The notes beneath the pieces were generated by a model. The model made no database searches. It was not told the DNA's origin and worked only from the letters and a program-made list of their open reading frames with translations. Shown here one piece after another: positions 42,290 through 55,900 of a stretch of DNA of 64,000 bases. Position 1 is the stretch's first letter. Each line of letters opens with the position of its first letter. A program made the position numbers and the translations under genes. Source of the stretch: Eledone cirrhosa (Eukaryota); assembly GCA_964016885.1 (NCBI GenBank), contig OZ024744.1, positions 45,818,001 through 45,882,000 on the forward strand, read 5' to 3'.

Positions 42290-43375
42290 CGAGTCCTGCC
42301 ATTCAAGAACAATATCACGGTTTGAAGCACTCTCATTAGAACTTCTAATAAGCACCGCAACTTCATAGGTTTGAGGTCTGTTAAAGCAACCCTGATGCTG
42401 CCCTGGTGGAGCGTGGTCACCTCGAATAACAACCTTGAATTGATTGGTGTTAGCAGCTCTACAGTGAAAAGCAGTTTTGAAAATGGTGACGTAGGTTTTA
42501 TGGTATGAAGCATATATTGAAGGGGCTGCAGGAGAAATGGTATTGTTCCTTTAACAACTGAAGCTCTTCGTGCAGTTTCTTCAGGTCCGTTCCCCATAAA
42601 GTAAATCTGGAGAAAACTGTGTTCATCGCTATCTTGTGGAATAAGGGAGCCAATTTGATGGTAAATTTGACCTTGCACTTTGAATGTGGGCATATAATTT
42701 CCATGTTTTATTGGTGTATGACCAAAGCTTGTCATTTGGAAAGCCGAATTGTAGGCTCTTATATTTCTAAGAAAGTGTTTAGAATTGGGGTGTCTCCAAG
42801 CAGCAGAGAATTCAAAGGTTCGGCACCGACTTGTAAATGAGGCAATCTAACCGTTCCATTGGAGCAGCATATACCGGTAGATTCTGCTGGCCACCTCATT
42901 GCATTACAATGGACACAAACAGTTGACATACTACTAATGATGATATGTGGGTGGGATGCGTAGTCCTCTTGGAGGTTGTAATGAAAAGCCTTCTTAGACC
43001 AGTAACAGGAAGAAACCCTCGGAAAGACATGAAAACGCATTTTCCGTTGAGAATCAGCCGCAAGCCTTGTTGCCCTTTGGTCAACAGTCTCTAAAGCACG
43101 GCTATTTGAAGTAGAAGCAGCATCGCAAGCAAGCCGGAGTTCTGCTTGTTCAGCAGTCTGTAATGCTCTGGCCTTCGAAGTAGAAGTAGCATTGCGAGCA
43201 AGCCGGAGTTCTGCTTGTTCAATTGTCTGTAATGCTCTGGCGATCGAAGTAGAAGCAGCATTGGGAGCACGCCGTAGCATACATTGTTCTTCTGTCTCGC
43301 TTGCGCGCAAAGAACGCAAAGCAAAAGCATTTCTTGTTTTTCTTCCAATGTGACTCTTGCTTTTTCGAGGCATTC
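42290..43375 (-). pseudogene. Helitron Rep-helicase N-terminal region, frameshifted and 3' truncated
   Basis: MPRKSK.., 21-aa repeats, CVHCNAMRWPAESTGICCSNGTVRLP, MTSFG..PTFKVQGQIYHQIGSL..FLQIYFMG. Confidence 0.9.
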
Positions 43376-43594
43376 TATGGAAAATCTGTAATTGAATAAA
43401 TCTGAAACAAATCAAATCAAAGAAATTTACCTCGTTTCTGTTTATGGGAGTTCTAATATTTGCAGGTATATATAAATATACCTGTAAACATATGCATGTA
43501 TGTATATATAAAATATATACATATATAAATATACCTGAAACATATGTATGTATTTATCTATGCATGTATGCATATACGAAATATATATATAGGA

Positions 43595-45401
43595 AAAAGT
43601 ATGACCCCGACGGCAGAGCTCAAGCCGTTTCGACGGCTATTTCTGGACTCAGAAATAGCCGTCGAAACGGCTTGAGCTCTGCCGTCGGGGTCATACTTTT
43701 TTCCTATTTCCCACTCTACTATCCTAAGTATTGAGTACTCTGGTACGTTATGGTTCATCTGGTTCCTTACCACAATTCCTTTGTTATATAGATATATGTA
43801 TTTATCTATGTATGTATGTTTATATAAAAAAAAATATATATAAATATAACTGTAAACATATGTATGTATTTATCTATGCATGCATGCATATATAAAATAT
43901 TGTCATATTTACAAAAATATTTTTCTAATATCTTGTTTAATATTTCATATTGTTGTCTGCTTCTCTTCCATTTCATCACATGTGGTTACTTACCGTCTCA
44001 CTCTCTCTTTCTTTCCCTCTCACACAGCCTCTTCTTCCTCTCTCTTTTTGCCAGTCTCTTCTCTCACACACCCTTCTCTCTCTCTTCCCCTTTTTTCTTT
44101 GTCTCTTTCTTTCTGTCGCTGTTTCCCCCCTATAGACATTCTCTCTCTTTCTTTGTCTGTCCCTCTCTCTCTTCTATTCTTCACTTTCTACTTCCTTCTC
44201 AAATCATTAACTCTCAACCAGAGACTGACATACTACAGAACCTACTTCACAATGTTCAAAGAAAATATCATTACAAACTGACTGATCACCGAGAAGAAAT
44301 TGTGAAACACAATGCTGTAAATGTTATGTATATGTCGTTAAGTAATTGTCACAACTATATTCCGTGACATCGGCGATCAAATTACTGAGTACAATACTTG
44401 TCTACCTTGTAGGTTCTAGAAGAATTACAGTTCATCAGTGCTAATTAGTAAAAGAGTCTTGTAATACATAATATGCAGCGTCATCTAAAGTGGTTATGTT
44501 TCTTTTATAAAAACATCTCGCATCCTCCTTCAGCAATGTGTAAAATTTTAAGAGATCGGGTGAATAATACGCAAGTTATAATACTTTACACACAGAGAGA
44601 ACGGGACTCAATCTCATCGAAAATCTGTAATTGAGTGCATCTGAAACAAATCAAATCCAAGAAATTTACCTGGTTGCTGTTTATAGGACTTCTAATGAAG
44701 ATTTTAAATGTAAAGTCCCAAAAGGATTAGAAAAATGTCGATATATATATAAATATACCTGTAACCATATGTATGTATTTATCTATGCATGTATGTATAT
44801 ATAATATATATATATACCTGTAAACATATGTATGTATTTATCTATGCATGTATGTATATATAAAATATTGCCATATTTACAAAAATATTTTTCTAATATC
44901 GTGTTTAATGTTTTATATTGTCGTCTGCTTCTCTTCTCACAACATGTGGTTACTTACTGTCTCACTCTCTCTTTCTTTCCCCTCTCACACAGACTCTTCT
45001 TTCTCTCTCTTTTTGCCAGTCCCTTCTCTCACACAACCTTCTCTCTCTTCCCCTTTTTTCTTTGTCTCTTTCTTTCTGTCGCTGTTTCCCTCCTATAGAC
45101 ATTCTCTCTCTTTCTTTTTCTGTCCCTCTCTCTCTTCTACTCTGCACTTTCTACTTCCTTCTCTTTCTCAGCCGGGTTCCTGCTTACGGCAGTTCTAATG
45201 GAGATGTTTTAACGCAAAGACACACAAGTATTAGAAAAATGGCGATTATCACTTTGAAAGTAAAAATTATGCAATAAATAGTTGTTATTGACACGTCTCG
45301 CATCCTCCTTTGGCAATGTGTAACATTTTAGCGAGATCGATGAACAATACGCAAGTTATAATACTTTACACAGACAGACAGAACGGGACTTCTATAGTAG
45401 A
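43595..45401 (-). mobile_element. Non-autonomous Helitron copy or tandem partial copies
   Basis: Minus-strand 5' end A|TCTACTATAG at 45401; terminal module at 43595-43702; body duplicated at 43860 and 44830. Confidence 0.65.
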
Positions 45402-45545
45402 TATACCTCCCTACCAACCCACCAATCTCAAAACTTTCTACAGCGTCCATCTTATGACGTCACACACCCTACTCCTACTGTCACTGTTGTCTGTACTCTT
45501 CTTACTATCACTGCTCTCTCCCACCAACACTGCCAAAGTGAGATA

Positions 45546-45549
<4 letters not shown>

Positions 45550-45620
<71 letters not shown>

Positions 45621-45716
45621 ACACGCGAGAGAGAGAGATATATATAGAAAAAGAGAGAGAAAGAGATGAGGACGTGGAAAGAAAGAAAGAGATAGGGGGG
45701 GAGAGAGAGAGAGAGA

Positions 45717-45776
<60 letters not shown>

Positions 45777-45802
45777 GAGAGAGAGAGAGAAAGAGAGAGA
45801 GG
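45550..45802. repeat. (TG)n followed by (GA)n microsatellites
   Basis: Direct reading. Confidence 0.97.
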
Positions 45803-45859
45803 CTGTATGTTTGCTTAGGGTTGAAGAGTATTCGCTTTTAAAAGGTTCTGTAAATAACT

Positions 45860-45973
45860 GTTTCTACATTTGGCACAAGGCCAGCAATTATCTCAGTGCA
45901 TTACTGGTACTTTATTTTATCGACCCCGTAAGGATGAAAGGCAAAGTTAACCTCGACAGGATTTGAACTCAGA
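45860..45973 (-). mobile_element. SINE fragment (octopus-type family)
   Basis: ctggtact..ttttatcgacccc.taaggatgaaaggcaaagttaacctcg..ggatttgaactcaga; same family as the copy at ~52697. Confidence 0.8.
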
Positions 45974-46069
45974 TCATAAAGGAAGGAGTACTCAATGCAC
46001 AAGAATTAGGTAGGTGCTGTAATTTTACTTTTGTTGGAAGTCCAAGATATTGTCTCCGATCTGTTTCGC

Positions 46070-46720
46070 AGCCAAACAGCGATGCATTGCTCAAATCTGT
46101 GCTCTCCTCATCAACCGGTACCCTTCTTGATGACGAGTGCACACACATCTGAGTGACCCAACGCCCTGGCCTCCACGTTTGGGGTTCACATAAATACTGT
46201 TGTGGGGCTGTTGTTGGTGGGTTTGGGCTGCATCCACTATCATGTCGCCAGAACGCAGGCCGGTACTCCCGACATGCCGATCTCAATGACAAATTAAGAA
46301 GGACCCTGGATTCAGCTGGTTTCCCATCACAACTGGAGCCAGCAAGCCTCGGCAGCAGAGATGGCAAGCGCCCCGACGGAATTACCCTCTTTTCATTGGA
46401 AGGAGGCAAATCCCTCATCTAAATGCTAAATGCTGTAATACGTTCTCCGCCCCTATTTTGTTTCTTTGGCCACAAACCCCGGTATTTCGGCCCACAATAC
46501 AAAGGATAGGAAGACAAGTAAATACCGGGGCTTGTCTGGCCGCTTCCTCTCTGCACCGGTCACCGTCAAGAACTCAGTCGTCATCAGACCCCGTATTGCC
46601 AAGCTCCTCCGTAAAATCAGAACAGTAGCCCCTCTGAAGAAGGAGCTCCGCTAGGTGGGGTGGCTGTTGCAGCGGTGTCGCTGGCCATTGTCCGCGGAAA
46701 TGACCTTGCAGTTTTGTCTG
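46070..46720 (+). pseudogene. C-terminal zinc-knuckle and restriction-like endonuclease of a non-LTR retrotransposon (CRE-like)
   Basis: CCGAVVGGFGLHPLSC..GRYSRHADLND..LEPASLGSRDGKRPDGITL. Confidence 0.8.
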
Positions 46721-47027
46721 CGGTATGCAGCCCAAACACCACCTGACCCCAGACATCCCTCCTATCCCTCCTCCCTCTTCCGTGACCTCATAGTCTTTGT
46801 TTTACCCTACGTTTCCTCTCATTTATAACATTTATAGTCCTTTCTCCTACTTTCCTATAGTCAGATCTGCCCTTCTTTAATCCTTCCCCTCTGTTCGTTG
46901 CTTCATTTCGTTTGTATCTCTTTTTTTTCTTTTTCCTTTATTAAATGACAACATTTTGTATACTGAATAAATTTCTTTATGTTGTTGTTGTTTGTGGTGT
47001 TGTTGTGTCAGTGTTGTTTATGTGTTT

Positions 47028-47230
47028 GTGGTAGTGGTAGTGGTTGTGGTAGTGGTGGTGGTTGTGGTAGTGGTGGTGGTGGTGGTGGTGGTGGTGGTGG
47101 TGGTGGTGGTGGTGGTGGTGGTGGTGGTGGTGGTGGTGGTAGTAGTGGTGGTGGTGGTATTAGTGGTGGTGATGGTGTTGTGTTATTTGTGGTGGTGGTG
47201 GTAATGTTGTTGTTGGAGGTGTTGTAGTTG
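47028..47230. repeat. (GGT)n trinucleotide tract
   Basis: Direct reading. Confidence 0.97.
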
Positions 47231-48034
47231 TTATTAGTGGCGGTTTTACAGTTGTTATTATTGTTGATGCTAGTGCTGCTTGTTTAGCTGCAAGTCAACT
47301 AAGAACGAGAGTAGCTTAAAAGGTGTCCTAACACTGAACATAAAGTGTGTCCCCCACCAGAAAAAGCAGTGGATTCGGCTGCTATTTCTAGCAAGTGGAC
47401 CATCTCATTCACTAGACTGAGACAAATTTCAATATTAAAACAGAACACCCAGATATTTGAAGTAAAACTAGGTTTGTAGTTGTTGTTGAAAATAAATAGG
47501 ACAGAATAGTTAATGTCGGTTAGATATAAAATTTACTTCACTTCAGTTAGAAAAGGAATATGATTACTACTAATCATAAAAGTACAATGTTGTATGTAAA
47601 CATTCGTAAATGAATACCGTGTTGTTGAAGTTTTGTTGAAGATACTTTGTTTTATGTGTTATGCTGAAATAGAAGGTGGCAGGCTATCGTCCGTCATTAC
47701 TATCACCATAGAAGTTAAAAGCCAAGTGACCAGGGAAGGTGTCGTCTCTTTTGTAACAGAAAATTCTCTCTCTGTCCTCGTTCCAAGACAGCCTAGTTAT
47801 CGAACGCTGGTTATTTTTTGCTCAAAGGTCGATGACCTCCCGCTGCGTTCTCTTTCATAGGAATGGCCATGTCAGTGAGAGGAAACGCTGGAACATTTCA
47901 TTCGCTACACACCATCATCAATTCAAGGGAATTAATTTGAAAAAATGTGGTGGAAATAACTTCTATTTGACATTACGTTCTCTGACTACGGTTTAAACTT
48001 GGATTACAGAAGAAACGCTGGAACATTTTTTCGC

Positions 48035-51000
48035 CATATTAGTTCCCCGCCCAGATCGAAACGGTAGTGAAATAGAAAACCAATAACCTCGGACCAAAAA
48101 CTGTCACCTACTTACCTTGTAAATAGAGAGGGAGGATACTGTTACTCGGCATATTGGGCATAGGAAAATGGCCAGTATACATGTCGACCGGATCTCGTTC
48201 TTGTTGTTGGCACAGAGTTTGGATTGCCGGTGGGTGGGAGCGTTGATGTTAGGTTAACTTCGTCTGACAGTTAGGGTCCATTGAAATCCATATGAGCTTT
48301 TTTTAGCCGGTAGACACTGACAGTGTCCAAGATAAAATGCTTGGGTGTCTTTCTGAGTACCTGGTAGAGCCTTGGTTGCAAAGGAGCTCTGATAGTGTCC
48401 TTTCTGACAAAACGTCTGTCCATTGCTGTATGTCAGATGGAATTTGAGTAGTGTTACTTTGAGGTAACAGTGGAGCGAATTCCAAGAGGGATTAGGGGTA
48501 AAATGTCTAACCAGTTGCTGTTGTTGACATATGCTCTGAAAGAAGATTTTAATTGCCGATGGAAACGTTCCACCATACCGTTAGCTTTAGGGTGATAAGC
48601 TGTTGTATTTATTCGGCTACAACCTAGGAGGCGTGTCAATTTGTTAAAAAGGTTCGGTTCGAACTGGCCGCTTCTGTCCATTGTGTTGGTAGAAGGTGTG
48701 CCATAATGCGAAATCCAATGCTGTGCTAATGCCTTGGCAATAGATTCAGCTGTAGTGTCGGAAAGGGGAATGGCCTCAGGCTACCGGGAGAATCTATCCG
48801 CACAGGTCAAAAGCTGAGTGCAACCCCTAACAGGAGGCAGTGGTCCGACGATGTTAATATGTTGGAAACGCGTATCTGGTATTGCGAAGGTTCGGAGAAG
48901 AGTCCTGACATCGTGGTGAATGTTTGCCTTTTGACAGTGGACGCAACGTCTGACCCATTCGATAGGTTGTGCAGCGCAGAAAAAACCGAACGTTGATGCT
49001 TTAGAGGTACTTAAGGGCGCGCGTGACCCGTAAACACATCACACTAAATACCACCAGGAGAAAAAGGTAGAGGGGGAAGTTTGAAAGACAAGGAAGAAGA
49101 TGAAGAATTTCGGAGTTTCAGGAGCTCCCCGTGTCCGCCTGTTGGCAATATATCGGAGACTGATGGAAAAAGAGGTGTGCAGTGCACCCAAGAGTTAGCG
49201 AGAAAGGGCATCGGCTGCAGAGTTGTCTATATGGCGAATATCTGTAGTATATTGGGATATAAAATCCATTTGACGCACTTCTCTAGGTGAGTGGTGGTCA
49301 GGCTTGGAATATAAAGCGTACGTGAGAGGTTTATAGTCCATGTAAATAGAAAACACAGAACCTTCTAACATGTGCCGGAAATGTCTCACACTGAGGTACG
49401 CTGCCAAACATTCCCGACCGAATGTGCTATACTTTGTTTCAGCAGGTTTGAGTCGCCTAGAGAAGAATGAAATTGGTTGCCATGCATTGTCTACACATTG
49501 TTGGAGGACGCCACCGACCCCGACATCCAATATATCGACGAACAGACAAAGCGGTGCGTCAGGTTTGAGATGAACCAACATTGTGGCCTCTGTCAAGACC
49601 CTCTTCATTTTAAGAAAAGCAGCTGCTTGTGCATCATCGAAAGTGATAAGCTGGTTCTTCCGATTGCACTGCCTTAGGATGTCTGTTAGCGGCTGGAGAA
49701 ACTCTGCACAACGAAGTATGAATGGGCAGTAAAAGTTTATGAGGCCGAGGAGCTCACGTACTTTCCTCGGGTACGTTGGAGTGGGAAAATCTAAAATGGA
49801 CTTAACTTTGTTGTGGTGGGGGCGGATTCCTTGTTCGTCGATGTGGTGTCCCAGAAAATCAAGGGAAGAAACACTGAAAAGGCATTTTCTGGGGTTGCTG
49901 ATGACATCAAACTAAGAAAAACGCTCTAAAAGCAATTGTAGGTTCCTTTCGTGTTCCTCACGGGATATGCTGGCTATCAGCATATCATCAATATACGAGT
50001 AGACGTAGGGTAAACCACGTACTACTGTGTCGATGAAACGCTGGAAGGTTGATGCAACATTGCGTAAACCGGATGGCAGCCTAAGAAACTCTGAAGAGGG
50101 TGAAAGGAGTTGTAATGGCCGTTTTAAGTATGTCATCCGGTTCAACAGGAATCTGGTTGTACGCCCACACGAGGTCAATTTTTGAAATGATCCTAGCACC
50201 ATGTAGGGTAGCAGAGAAATTCAGTGAGGTACGGGGTACTTATTGGGTTTTGTGTGTGTTAAAAAACCGATAGTCTCTACACGGTCGCCAATCACCTAAA
50301 GATTTCTGGGAACCATGTGAAGTGGGGAAGACCAGCTGCTACTGGATGGACGAACAATGCCCAGTTCCAACACATGATCGAACTCTGCTTTAGCGATCTT
50401 AGCGTGGTCAGGAGCGAGTTACCAGGGTTTAGCAGAACCCGGAGGGCCCTCGGTCACGATATGATGCGTAACACTGTGGGTCACCGTCCGACTGTTAAAA
50501 ATAGGGTGTGAGATGTCAGGATGCTTGCTCAGAATAACGTCGTATCTGCCAGACTGACTGGTTAAAAAAAATACAAGGTTGAGGGAGGTTGCCATTGTGC
50601 TGATACCGCGATCATTCAGACCAGTGGTGGAATTAATCAGTCTGTTGTGTTTAACGTCCACCAGGAGGCGAAAATGGAGTAAAAAATCCGCTTCTAGGAT
50701 CGGAGTCGGCAACTTGGCGATGACAAAAACCAACTGGAAAATTCGGCGGAGCCTAAGATCCAGGGTTAAGGACTTTTCTCCGCATGTGGGTATAGCAGAG
50801 TGGTTCAGCGCCTTGAGAAGTGTAGTGACCTACATTCCGCGGGCTCACATACATTCTCTGTGCGTGATTTGGCTCAGTTCAGCCAATCAGCGCCAGTAGA
50901 AGAGGATGTATCCCTATGCGCCCTGAGGAAGAAATTCCCCGCGAAGATTTGAAGAATCTCTCTCTTGTACCAGAAACTTCGAGCCAGCAACACGCATAAT

Positions 51001-52195
51001 GTAGCAGTGAGATATTGCACCCCTAGCCTCGCCGGCTTAACGGCGCAATGGCACATTCCCTTTTGTAACCTCTTTTTATCTGTAACTTCAACCATATAAA
51101 TAAACAAACATTTCATCTCTAATTACTGCGGTTGAAGTCGTTGTTATGTTACTCGTGTCTCAATAACATCTTTAATCCATGCTGCTGGAATTGGCGACCT
51201 GACGAAAGGAATATTGTAAATAGATGGTAAATAGAACGAGGGACCTTCCCTCACGTCTATGTCAACAAGATAATCCAACGAGGATACTATCACTTACCAC
51301 AATAATAACCAATACCTGTTAAAGAAGCATTGCTGTGGGTTCCCTACTGCCTGGCACCAGGGCAGATGGTATGACTCTAACCTCCACCCCGGTGTCCACC
51401 AGAAACCGGTAGATCGGTCGCTAATGTGGAACAAGAGGCTAGATTTGGAAGAGCCAGGTGTAGTTGCCATCGTTTCTACCTGGCCACGTCGTTACCCGGA
51501 ACATGACGGGAATCCCTTCTAAAAGAACAGGGCAATAGGTATTTACGGCCCCTTTCACCGAATTTACTGTGGTAATAGCTTAAGGGATAGTTCGCTCGGG
51601 TCTCGCGGGCGCTGATGTAAATCGCACCGAGACGAGCTGGCGTTGCTGCGAGGCTGTATCTGCAGTTTAGCCATAAGTGCGTTCAATTGTGCCTCCTGTC
51701 TCACCTCCAAGACAGAAGACGAGGAAGAAGAAGAAGGAAAAAATGAGGAAGAAAGAGGGGAAGAAATGAGCTTATTAGTGGATGTGTGTGTCTCTCTTGG
51801 GCCACAAATGACCGTGGTGCTGCTACCTCCATTATTCTATCAGCTGAATCCGCTAGCACCTCGATTTGGATGGATGCTTTACTGTCCGCCAAAATGCCGC
51901 GAGTTGCTGGCAGCAGCCTTTGTAGGAAAAGTTGTTTCAAGATGGCCGACTCCATGGTGTTCTCTCCCAACAGTTGTTTTAACTGTCTTAAGAACTGTAA
52001 CGGTTTCCTATCGCTTAACGCCCTCGAATAAAGAAGCTGGTTAATCTGGTGCTTCTGAGAGACGGATGTCCGCTTTACAAGTTTGGACCGTAAGGTGGCA
52101 TATGAATATGTACCTGGTGGGGCTGTAAGCAAATCCTGGATCTTCTGCAGGATTTCAAGGGGAAGTGGCCAAACAAAAGGAGAAATTTTGGTCCT
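48035..52195 (-). mobile_element. Degenerate Ty3/Gypsy LTR retrotransposon: gag, protease, RT, RNase H, integrase
   Basis: gag ALSDRKPLQFLRQL..LKQLFLQRL; protease PILEADFLLHF; RT LPSGLRNVASTFQRFID..YIDD; RNase H PISFFSRRL..YSTFGRE..DYKPL; integrase TTAYHPKANGMVERFHRQLK; PPT-like tract at ~48045. Confidence 0.92.
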
Positions 52196-52197
52196 GT

Positions 52198-52419
52198 CTA
52201 CCGAAACATTATGTGTTTGAAATTGGACCTCGATATATCTGAACCAAATCCTCCTCTAGTTAGAATGTTCTTCCTCTTGTTGCCTGGCGTGGACTGTAGA
52301 GGCTCTGATTCATTGATCAACTCACAGTTAAGTGAAGTATTACTAGTGTTATTATTATCAATAGTTACTTTGGTATTACTAAAAAAATGCAATATAGTCG
52401 CTTGCTTTTTCTCACTCAT
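52198..52419 (-). pseudogene. Possible DNA-transposase N-terminal fragment with a PIP-box-like motif
   Basis: MSEKKQATILHFF (QxxIxxFF), a start often seen in hAT-type transposases; no catalytic domain present. Confidence 0.3.
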
Positions 52420-52696
52420 TATGGGTTTATTTCATTGGAATCTAAGAACAAACAAAGCTATCAAAGCCAAATAAAATAAAACAATCGGATGAGAATCGGT
52501 ATTTGCGGAGCGGGATAACTGTTGTAATGGTAGAAACAATACTGAAGCATACATGCATCATATTGTCGATAGATGACACATATATGTAAAATTCATGGAT
52601 GTTAGTTCTTTACTGAGGAGGAACATTTTTAGGGGAGGGGAGCGATAAAATATATTTTAACTTAATATTAATTTTGTTTTATTATTAATAAGACAT

Positions 52697-52920
52697 GGGG
52701 CTGTGGATTGGCAGTATAGGTAGAGGGTCGGAAGCCATGGTTTGCAGCTTAGAGTTACGGCCCTTTATAATCTGAGTTCAAATCCCCCCGAGGTTACCTT
52801 TGCCTTTCATCTTTACGGGGTCGATAAAATAAAGTACTAGTCACGCACTAGTGTCGATTTAATCGAATTTCTCCTCCCCAAAAATTGCTGGCCTTGTGCC
52901 TATATAAGAAACCATTATTA
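52697..52920 (+). mobile_element. tRNA-derived SINE
   Basis: A-box-like tggcagtataggtag, B-box-like gagttcaaatcc, central gcctttcatc..ggggtcgataaaata..gtac domain. Confidence 0.8.
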
Positions 52921-52954
52921 ATAAGACATAGAAATTGCAAATAATGTCCAAATC

Positions 52955-55900
52955 TTAAATGAAATTTTTTTTTTCTCAGGCGTTTATTATTTTTTTATTT
53001 TTTTTATTAAAGCATATAGATGTAAGTGGAGTTACTTAAATGAAATTGTTTTATTTTTTTTCACGCCTTTTTTATTTTTTTTTATTAAAGCATATAGATG
53101 TAAATGGAGTTACTTAAATGGATTTTTTTTTTCACACGTATTTTACTTTTTCATTTTTTTTATTAAAGCATATAGATGTAAGTGGAGTTACTTAAATGAA
53201 ATTTTTTTACATTTTTTCACCAGTTTTTTAGTTTTTAATTTAAGAATGTAGATGTAAGTGGAGTTACTTAAATGAAATTATTATTATTTTTTTTATTAAA
53301 GCATTTAGATGTAAGTGGAGTTGCTTAAATGAAATTTTTTTACTTTCTTTCACGAGTTTTTTAGTTTTTTATTAAAGCATATAGATGTAAATGGAGTTAC
53401 TTAAATGAAATTTTTTCATTTTTTTTCAAGCGTTTTTTATTTTTTTATTTTTTTATTAAAGCATATAGATGTAAGTGGAGTTACTTTTGGCAGAATCGGT
53501 AGAGGCTCGAACGCCATGCTTTGCAGCATAGAGTTCAAATCTGATGAGTTAAAATCTGATCTGAGTTCAAATCCCGCCGAGGTTAACTTTGCCTTTCATT
53601 TTTACGGGGTCGATAAAATAAAGTACCAGTAATCTACTGAGTAAATTATTGGCCTTGTGCCTAACGTAGAAACAATTATTATTTTTTTTATTAAAGCATA
53701 TAGAGATAAGTGGAGTTAGTTAAATGAAATTATTTTTTTAAATATTATTGAAGCATATAGATGTAAGGTGAGTTACTTAATTGAATTTTTTTATTTTTTT
53801 CACGGGTTTTTATTTTTTAATTTTTTTATTAAAGCATATAGATGTAAGTGGAGTTACTTAAATGAAATTATTATTTTTTTCTTTTATTAAAGCATATAGA
53901 TGTAAGTGGACATACTTAAATGAATTTTTTTTTTTTTCACGCGTTTTTTATTTTTTTTATTTTTCTTAAAAAAGCATATAGATGTAAGTGGAGTTACTTA
54001 AATGAAAGTATTTTTTTTTTTTATTACAGCATATAGATGTAAGTGGAGTTACTTAAATGAATTTTTTTTATTTTTGTCTACTCGTTTTTTATTTTTTATT
54101 TTTTATTTTTTCTTAAAGCATATAGATGTAAGTGGAGTTACTTAAAAGAAATTTCTTTTTTCTAGCGTTTTTTATTTTTTTTAAGTATATATATATAAGT
54201 GGAGTTACTTAAATGAAAATGTTTTGTTTTTTTCACGCGTTTTTTATTTTTTTATTTTTTATTAAAGCATATAGATGGAGTTAGTTAAATGAAATTATTT
54301 TTTTTTTCTTAAAGTATATAGCTGTAAGTAGAGTTACTTAAAAGAAATTAGTATTTCTTTTTTATTAAAGAATATAGATGTGAGTGGAGTTATTTAAATG
54401 AAATTATTTTTTTTTATTACAGCATATAGATGTAAGTGGAGTTACTTAAATGAATTTTTTTTATTTTTGTTTATTCGTTTTTTATTTTTTATTTTTTATT
54501 AAAGCATATAGATGTAAGTGGAGTTACTTAAAAGAAATTTCTTTTTTCTAGCGTTTTTTATTTTTTTAAGTATATATATATAAGTGGAGTTACTTAAATG
54601 AAAATGTTTTATTTTTTTCACGCGTTTTTTATTTTTTTATTTTTTTATTAAAGCTTATAGATGTAGGTGGAGTTACTTAAATGAAATTATTATTATTTTT
54701 TTAATAAAGCATATAAATGTAAGTGGAGTTACTTAAATGAAATTATTAGTTTTTTTATTTTATTAAAGCATATAGATGTAAGTGGAGTTAGTTGAATGGA
54801 ATTTTTTTTTTCAGCGTTTTTTATTTTTTTATTAAAGCATATAGATATAAGTGGAGTTATTTAAATGAAATTTTTTTATTTTTTTATTTATTAAACCATA
54901 TAGATGTAAGTGGAGTTACTTAAATGAATTTGTTTTATTTCACGCATTTTTTTTTTTTTTTTTTTTTTTCATTAAAGCTGTAAGTGGAGTTACTTAAATA
55001 AAATTTTTTTACATTTTGTCACCAGTATTTTAGTTTTTAATTTAAGAATGTAGATGTAAGTGGAGTTACTTAAATGAAATTTTTTTACTTTCTTTCACGA
55101 GTTTTTTAGTTTTTTTATTAAAGCATATAGATGTAAATGGAGTTACTTAAATGAAATTTTTTCATTTTTTTTCAAGCGTTTATTATTTTTTATTTTTTTT
55201 ATTAAAGCATATAGATGTAAGTGTAGTTACTTTTGGCAGAATCGGTAGAGGGTCGAACGCATATGCTTTGCAGCATAGAGATCAAATCTGATCTGAGTTC
55301 AAATCCCGCCGAGGTTAACTTTGCCTTTCATTTTTACGGGGTCCATAAAATAAAATACCAGTAATTTGCTGGCTAATTATTGGCCTTATGCCTAACGTAG
55401 AAACAATTATTATTTTTTTTTGTTAAAGCATATAGAGGTAATTGGAGTTAGTTAAATTAAATTATTTTTTTTATTATTATTGAAGCATATAGATGTAAGG
55501 TGAGTGACTTAATTGAAATTTAATATTTTTTTCACGGGTTTTTATTTTTTTATTTTTTTATTAAAGCATATAGATGGAGTTAGTTAAATGAAGTTATTTT
55601 TTTTAAATTAAAGTATTAGATGTAAGTGGAGTTAAATGAAATTATTATTTTTTTTTATTAAAGCATATAGATGTAAGTGGAGTTACTTAAATGTAATTAT
55701 TATTTTTTTTTATTAAAGCATATAGATGTAAGTGAACTTAAATGAAATTTTTTTTTTTTTTCACGCGTTTTTTATTTTTTTCTCTTTTTCTTAAAAAAGC
55801 ATATAGATGTAAGTGGAGTTACTTAAATGAAAGTATTTTTTTTTTTATTAAAGCATATAGATGTAAGTGCAGTTACTTAAATGAAATTATATATTTATTG

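Noticed and set aside
46979-47227. Signal peptide plus Gly-rich protein
   Set aside because: Translation of a (GGT)n/(GTT)n microsatellite.
52697-52790. tRNA gene
   Set aside because: The A/B boxes belong to a SINE head and no cloverleaf forms.
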